From positions 64,001 through 128,000 of IMG/VR virus record IMGVR_UViG_3300030117_007501: a DNA stretch of 64,000 nucleotides. One strand, written 5' to 3'. The notes under the pieces were generated by a model, which was given only the letters and a program-made list of their open reading frames with translations, had not been told where the DNA came from and did no database searches. Below are positions 59,001 through 64,000 of this stretch, piece after piece. Position 1 is the first letter of the stretch. Every line of letters starts with the position of its first letter. The DNA is from a virus. The translations under genes were made by a program, and so were the position numbers.

Positions 59001-62000
59001 AAAGGCTTTGGATTCTGACAGTGAAGTGTTCAGATATGACTCGCGCCCAATAAACTACTTCTTTTCTTTCGAAAAGAGCATGTATCAGACTATTTCTGCA
59101 GAAATGCTTAAGTTCTTTGCAACAATAAAGGACTTTAACAACCTCATCGGAGAACCAGTAAATAAATACAGACAGAGCTACAAGGGCATGCAAAAGCTGA
59201 AAGAAATGTTCTTTAGGAGGGTGGATAACACTCCAGACATAGAGAAGTATGTGGAGTACTACAAGTGGTTCGACTCAGCCCTCTCCGTGATGATAGATCA
59301 GCTCAAGCCGGCAACTACTAGATTTTCTGAAGACATAAGAACGATGATAGAGAGTCACGTTCTGGAAAGAAACAAATACTGGACTAAGTTTCCAACTATA
59401 GAGATGAAATCGGTAGATCCAATTGCCCAGCTACGCGGCGGTGCGGCAGAGCATAGAGGATTTCATTGGGGTAGAGATCATGCCCCGCTGCCCTCTAGCC
59501 CCAGAAAGGAGTCTGAAAATTGCTCATGGTGGGCGAATATGGCAGAGCGGACAACTACGGAGATATTCCGTGATGCTCACATCTCTGATGAAGTCCGCGA
59601 AGCACGCGAAGCAATAAGAAGAATAAAGATTACAAAAGTTTCGGGCTCTTCGTACTATACCCGCGCTTTGTCTCACCCATATGTTTTGGATATGAAGCGA
59701 GACAGGGTAATAGGTTCGATGGAGGAAAATAGAATACTTAATTTATATGCCATGGCATTGCGCCCTGGCACAACTTCCGGATTGTCTATTGCAGCATCCA
59801 GTGTTCAAGAGTTTTTAGATTGTGATGATTCAACTCCGACAACCAAGAGGAGAATAAGAGCAGAAGCGGTATATTTGGGCGATAATTCATATACTGACAC
59901 TGGCACAGACTTGGCTCTGCCTTTTAGATTCTACAGTTCGTCCATCGGTGACGGGTATATATCTGGCTTGACAACGTTTAAGGCAGGAGTGTCAATAACA
60001 AATATTCATCATGATTCTTACAACAATGAAATAATAGCACCACTTCAGGGTGTCTATACATCTCAGCACGTTGGGGGGAATGCTAATAGGCATGTGAAGG
60101 CAGGAGAGACAGATCCCCAATTACGCCCAGAAACTTATAAGTTGCAGATTTCCTCGGGACAGATTGTACTAGTCCACCAAGGTTTCGAAACGCCGCGCAC
60201 TTTTTGCGCCCGTGAAGGACTCGCAAAGCGTCCGGTAAACATAAGAAACATACAAACTACTACAAGTTCCGCTCATGTCGGGAACTATCAGTATGATTAT
60301 GATATCGTGTTTACAGGCGGCAGGGCATCCAACAATAGAGATTTTATAAAGAATTCTGGCTACGCTGACTCAACATATAGTCCTGTGTCTTCTGAATTTT
60401 TTGATGACTTTGTTGATTTGCCAAAAATACAAAGAGAAAGAACAAATCACGTATTGGTGAATAGATTTTCATCCCCAGGAGGGCCCGAAACAGCAGGCGA
60501 TGCTGATGGTGGACAGGGATTGGACAGAGAGACGTCAGAATTTTCAATATACAATTCTATGAACTATAGAAACTCTATAGTAAGAAGTGATTTGGATACC
60601 CTTTATGCAGAGCACTCTAACCAGTTTGGAGCTAGAAGCGGAAGCGTGCATATATCGAACACTTACGAATTTATGTCAGGATCCGGTGCTGGGTACGCTT
60701 CAGTTCATATGACTAACAGAAACAGTGCCGCAAGAAAAGAGTCGGTGGGAACAGTTAATTTCAACACCAAAGCTGTTTTACTTGACGGCTCGACAGAATA
60801 CTTGCGCTTAGATGCAGCAAGAGCAATATTCACAGATAATAATGAGATTTCTTTGTTTGCGTGGATAAAACACCCAACCGTATCAAACGCGAATGCCCAT
60901 GTTATATTCTCTATACATGATTCTTCGGGAGGAAATAGGCACCTATTTCTCTTAAGGGGTACCGCCGGCACAGACGGCACACTTCAGTTTTACCAAAATT
61001 CCACTGGTTGGCAAAAGGTATCCAACACAAGGATAGACGATGACAAGTGGCACTTGGTTGGATTTGTATACGAGGGAACAGGAAATACTCTCAAGCTGTA
61101 TTTGGATGGGGAATCTCAAGGGGATGCCTTGACGGTTACAAATATAGCATCCATAATGGCAGGCACAGACTTGGTAAGTATTGGCCAAGAGTGGGACGCC
61201 GGCCCAACGGCTAGTGACTTCTTTGATGGGCATATTGCAGATTTAGCAATATGGAACAAGTCGTTAACGCAAGCGCAAATTAGAGAAATCTATTCAGACG
61301 GCTTCTTTAAGGGCCCTCATGACTTGCTTAAGCACACTGCAAATGCAAACTTACAAGCATGGTACAGAATGGGAGACGGAGATAATGGCTCTGGCACACC
61401 GGACAGCGCCGGAGGAACAATCTTTGACATGAGTGCAAACTCATACAATGCAACGCCAGTTTCGGGCCCGACTATTGTATCTGTCCCCTCTCTTCCGGGC
61501 GAGACTCACGTCATCGAAGATAGGCTCGAGAGGGATAACTTTTTCGTGCAACGTCCGATACCTAGAAACGAACTTCAATATTCATGGGTTACTGCATCCT
61601 CTATAGAGACTACCAGTAGTTTTCCTGGTTATGTACATGAGTTCTCGATACCTTCTGGAAATACTGACTCTGTATATCAGGATGAAATTCGATTCTTAAC
61701 AGCTAGTGAAAATAACGCAAACAATGACTTTGTTGGGTTGAATAGGATTATTAACAGAGCGTTAACATCCAGCACCAACACAATCGGCAACAGTTTATCA
61801 ACCACTGAAGGCTCTGTGAACGACATATTGCTTAACAGGCAGGGCCCTTACGGATGGCCATCATGGAAGCAGATGCGGGGATCTGAACATCCCATAGCAA
61901 GATTGCATAGAAGAAACAACATAATATCAATACAGTCGCGAGATGGCACTCCAAACCAGAGAACCATGAATATCTATGATTGGCCACAAAAGATACCAGA

Positions 62001-64000
62001 AAATGTTTCTAGCACAAAAGATAGGGAAATCAATAATTTTTACGACACTCCGGTAAGTGCAAAATATAAGCCAGTTGAAATAGGGTTTGGAAATCTCAAG
62101 GGGCAAATACTAGGCACCCTCCAAGAGGAGATGGTAGATAATGTAGACTTGATGACAATAACTCCGGATGAAAATACTAGAATATTCCACAGAGGAGAAA
62201 GAAATGTTGTTGCGAAGGTTAGCTATGGCAATGCAGCAACGTCCTTTGCAAACTCCGAAATCATAAAGCTACTAAGCATAGAGGAATGTAAAGAAGGAAT
62301 ATATCAGAATGCTCACGATATAATGGTTGATAATGGTATAATTCCGAACTCCATTGTATACAGCGAAGTTGTTTATCCTCGTGAGGATAACACCTTCACC
62401 AAGAAGGCAAGAACAAGGGTTAATTTCAATAATGACTTTTGGAGAGATTCGCACGCAGACAGAGTTGAAGAGCTTACATATGAATCTGGAAAGACAAACA
62501 GCTTCGGAATCTATAGAAGAACTAGCAAAGCATATTACATTTCAGCCAGCATGTGGCCGCTGGATGCTCGCACTGACTTCTCCAAAGTGCCTCCGACGAT
62601 AGAACAGGGAGGGGCACTCAACTATAACAATTTTCATGATCAATTGGGGGTTAGTGGCTCTGGTGAGCTGCAGAATGATTATAGTCTTTTCCATTCTGCA
62701 ATGGAAGGGGCATCACTTCACCAATTGCAGATGGCTCCATTGTACAATAGGTTGATACCTCAAGAATATGATAATAAAGAATATTTAGCAGGACACTCCA
62801 AGTGGGAGACGGGAGAACAGTCTGGAAAGACTCCTTTTTATGATTCATACGAAAACTACAGAGAGGAGCTGAGAGCGGTAGGTAAGGAATATAGCTTAGT
62901 TCCGGAATTTAGAATGAGTGAGCATATGGAGTCGATAGTTTTGACAGGATCGAGTTTTAGTGCACCACTTGAATCATTTTTAACTTTGACAGGCTCTTCG
63001 GTGGCTAATAGCAGCTTTTCAGCATTCTTTGAAACATATTCTAATACAGATTTTCTGAAATATTTTCAGGTGGTTCGGGATATGTCATCGGAAGATATGG
63101 GCAAGGAACCATCAAAGATATGGCTTAAGTGCAATGCTTTATTGAAGTTTTTGCCATATGATGGCTTCTATCCAGCTCTCCGCACCCTGCAGATGGCGAA
63201 GATGTGGAACGACGACTACACAAGAGGAAATCTTTCCACAAACCTCTATACGAAAGTTAGACTAGAAGCCAACAGGAACCATGCAGCTAAGCCTCTTTTC
63301 GCTCCTGGCATCTTGTTCAATTCTATTAAATCTGGTGTTGCCGTGGATTATCCTATCTTCAGGAATCCCGGCACTGGCAGCGTAAGAGATGAAGAATATC
63401 TTGCCGGCGTGGGTTATCAAAGTATAACAAAAAACACTGTGGCAGAAGCTATAGCAGCTGGAGGAACCCAAGGTTCAATACAGGGTAGGTTCCATCATAC
63501 GGCGTCATTCAATGTCAGGCACGGCAGGTATGGACAGGGCGTAACAGGCTCCTGGGCAAATGGAACGGCGGATGAGAGCATACCTAGACTCTCCTCTTCG
63601 ACGTGCGTGAGAGTGCCCTTTGAGGCTATATTGTCACCCGACACCATGAGAGGTACAATATTGTATGACAATGAACCTCACCCTTCAGCCAGTATGATAG
63701 TGCCGTTTCTGCACCATAGTGCGTATGGAGTGGCAAAATATTATGACTTGCACCCCATATATGGATCGGTACTAACTGGATCAGAAGATACAGAAGATTT
63801 ATATGAAAGCTTCATATATCGAACATTGACAGATATAGCTCACAAAAACGGCTTAACTCTGAAAGTGCAGAATGCCGACTTATATTCGATGGCGGCTAAT
63901 AATTTCTTCGCAGAGTCGATAAACTTTTTCCTTAAGGACTCATCAGTAAAATCATTTATATCAGAACCTGATACATACAATTTTACTGTTGGCAGAACAT
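56032..64000 (+). CDS. Giant (>2650 aa) LamG/ConA-domain virion protein, 3'-truncated and absent from the ORF track
   Basis: ATG overlaps the previous TAA (MSIKNLFEEK...VDYSKPENFARYG); frame open wherever spot-checked and at the window end; LamG motifs DGKWHHYAF/LYIDG/DEFRFW (about 56.8-57.05 kb) and DDKWHLVG/LYLDG/IADLAIW (about 61.0-61.3 kb). Confidence 0.85.
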   Translation, partial: MSIKNLFEEKSKIVAKTTVKDLTESLESEDYIFVRDKKIKRFLPTVDYSKPENFARYGLAERYYTDSIERIYQTYPYDGTFYEKEAWHLSSSYLDNHIFRVDYPRTNGFALFSPSGWGTQSANHDNYGLPSTAEYVYIKGGPHADPYGDIKGENSLANIYDSASYRESNLKIDGATGNTVEFWLKKDGYDTSKTRLEVLFDATVSGSTPGDADYGRLRVTIDNNPASSAFLITYQSGSLGFIDTAIGGSSITEDTIADGKWHHYAFTFKHNPTTEKIDSNLYIDGAYNATVSVAAATFGAIDGNIVANIAALVDSPTAASSAGLGYGKLSGSMDEFRFWKVERNAKEIGENWLTNVGGGTNKYEHNTKLGVYYKFNEGITTDATTDSVALDYSGRVSNGSWVGYSSSSRNTGSAMVDSGNALREFQDPIIYSNHPDVVSLLDEKRQLGQSHDYQNTSALYYSLPTWIIEEQMNTHTEDKSTLSDMMQIMASYFDTLHLQIEAITSLKDVSYRDYPSPTHVSGSDFAPFTEKLLESSGFIAPDLFADAEVLEKFGTRNKDGQFEFELHQVKNFIYRNIYNNLTNIYKSKGTEKSFRNLFRCFGIDEELIKLNVYADNHTYSFSDTFLHKSHKQKVVDFNSPDRYGATIFQSGSLNPYRAHYISGSGTTGETDVSTTVEADIFFPRKERYGSKYFQETGFITSSLFGIHTPSTIAGDMTWASNDFASIQAHVVRTSEYESDAYFMLTSSAGIIPELTSPIVHDVYGDNKWNISFRVKPAPHMAASPSGSMDGSVAAQAAAFVVEFRGTRYILDSLEDSFHVTGAVSRTNATRLCFAPKTLYAGAHRVNYTGSVSEYSDVKISNIRYWNAYLSNDELDFHSKNPDNFGRMHPSKPEYVNKSDILDSNYRETDTLALHWDFDRVTTSDSSGEFVVVDASSGSVGALSTFDGMTKRHHVGVGYGFPTSSTSVVSTMWTAGLQQALPENVYSSDMVKALDSDSEVFRYDSRPINYFFSFEKSMYQTISAEMLKFFATIKDFNNLIGEPVNKYRQSYKGMQKLKEMFFRRVDNTPDIEKYVEYYKWFDSALSVMIDQLKPATTRFSEDIRTMIESHVLERNKYWTKFPTIEMKSVDPIAQLRGGAAEHRGFHWGRDHAPLPSSPRKESENCSWWANMAERTTTEIFRDAHISDEVREAREAIRRIKITKVSGSSYYTRALSHPYVLDMKRDRVIGSMEENRILNLYAMALRPGTTSGLSIAASSVQEFLDCDDSTPTTKRRIRAEAVYLGDNSYTDTGTDLALPFRFYSSSIGDGYISGLTTFKAGVSITNIHHDSYNNEIIAPLQGVYTSQHVGGNANRHVKAGETDPQLRPETYKLQISSGQIVLVHQGFETPRTFCAREGLAKRPVNIRNIQTTTSSAHVGNYQYDYDIVFTGGRASNNRDFIKNSGYADSTYSPVSSEFFDDFVDLPKIQRERTNHVLVNRFSSPGGPETAGDADGGQGLDRETSEFSIYNSMNYRNSIVRSDLDTLYAEHSNQFGARSGSVHISNTYEFMSGSGAGYASVHMTNRNSAARKESVGTVNFNTKAVLLDGSTEYLRLDAARAIFTDNNEISLFAWIKHPTVSNANAHVIFSIHDSSGGNRHLFLLRGTAGTDGTLQFYQNSTGWQKVSNTRIDDDKWHLVGFVYEGTGNTLKLYLDGESQGDALTVTNIASIMAGTDLVSIGQEWDAGPTASDFFDGHIADLAIWNKSLTQAQIREIYSDGFFKGPHDLLKHTANANLQAWYRMGDGDNGSGTPDSAGGTIFDMSANSYNATPVSGPTIVSVPSLPGETHVIEDRLERDNFFVQRPIPRNELQYSWVTASSIETTSSFPGYVHEFSIPSGNTDSVYQDEIRFLTASENNANNDFVGLNRIINRALTSSTNTIGNSLSTTEGSVNDILLNRQGPYGWPSWKQMRGSEHPIARLHRRNNIISIQSRDGTPNQRTMNIYDWPQKIPENVSSTKDREINNFYDTPVSAKYKPVEIGFGNLKGQILGTLQEEMVDNVDLMTITPDENTRIFHRGERNVVAKVSYGNAATSFANSEIIKLLSIEECKEGIYQNAHDIMVDNGIIPNSIVYSEVVYPREDNTFTKKARTRVNFNNDFWRDSHADRVEELTYESGKTNSFGIYRRTSKAYYISASMWPLDARTDFSKVPPTIEQGGALNYNNFHDQLGVSGSGELQNDYSLFHSAMEGASLHQLQMAPLYNRLIPQEYDNKEYLAGHSKWETGEQSGKTPFYDSYENYREELRAVGKEYSLVPEFRMSEHMESIVLTGSSFSAPLESFLTLTGSSVANSSFSAFFETYSNTDFLKYFQVVRDMSSEDMGKEPSKIWLKCNALLKFLPYDGFYPALRTLQMAKMWNDDYTRGNLSTNLYTKVRLEANRNHAAKPLFAPGILFNSIKSGVAVDYPIFRNPGTGSVRDEEYLAGVGYQSITKNTVAEAIAAGGTQGSIQGRFHHTASFNVRHGRYGQGVTGSWANGTADESIPRLSSSTCVRVPFEAILSPDTMRGTILYDNEPHPSASMIVPFLHHSAYGVAKYYDLHPIYGSVLTGSEDTEDLYESFIYRTLTDIAHKNGLTLKVQNADLYSMAANNFFAESINFFLKDSSVKSFISEPDTYNFTVGRT

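Noticed and set aside
240-63471. Numerous short minus-strand and alternative-frame ORFs in the track
   Set aside because: They are shadows of long plus-strand genes with no motifs; only the protease at 17703-18560 is a credible minus-strand gene
1-64000. Alternative genetic code (stop-codon reassignment)
   Set aside because: Conserved genes are full length in code 11, and TAA, TAG and TGA all terminate genes at expected ends
1-64000. Bacterial chromosome or O-antigen locus
   Set aside because: Host-like genes are isolated among phage hypothetical and baseplate genes, and there is no wzx/wzy, iscS or housekeeping synteny

Overview
A 64 kb, almost entirely plus-strand, gene-dense segment of a large (jumbo/huge) myovirus-type bacteriophage genome, read in the standard genetic code. 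1-15 kb: acidic, probably head-associated proteins. Six small, otherwise unrelated ORFs share an N-terminal MKxIMENWR-type tag. This part also holds a short purA, a ligase-like/HIGH-nucleotidyltransferase fusion, a 32-aa 10-Cys micropeptide, a tmRNA (tag ANDDIEAMGEVALAA), iscU-iscA and an M15 peptidase. 15.6-21 kb: minimal tilS directly followed by a tRNA-Ile2(CAU), then clpP, a trypsin-like protease and a PIN-PhoH. 21-36.3 kb: one tightly overlapping operon behind a perfect sigma70 promoter, with a PD-(D/E)xK nuclease, about 7 glycosyltransferase-like genes, a Per-like aminotransferase, a ColD-like dehydratase, fcl/colC and gmd, ending in a gp55-like late sigma factor. 36.3-64 kb: baseplate/tail module with an M15-peptidase hub protein, a spike-like protein, a 4029-aa giant, gp25, gp6/J, an 887-aa protein and a >2650-aa LamG protein that runs off the window and is missing from the ORF track. 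Two promoter classes are visible: perfect TTGACA-N17-TATAAT, and a TAnTTA motif often 3-5 nt before start codons (putative late, leaderless promoter). All calls come from reading motifs by eye; no database searches were run.
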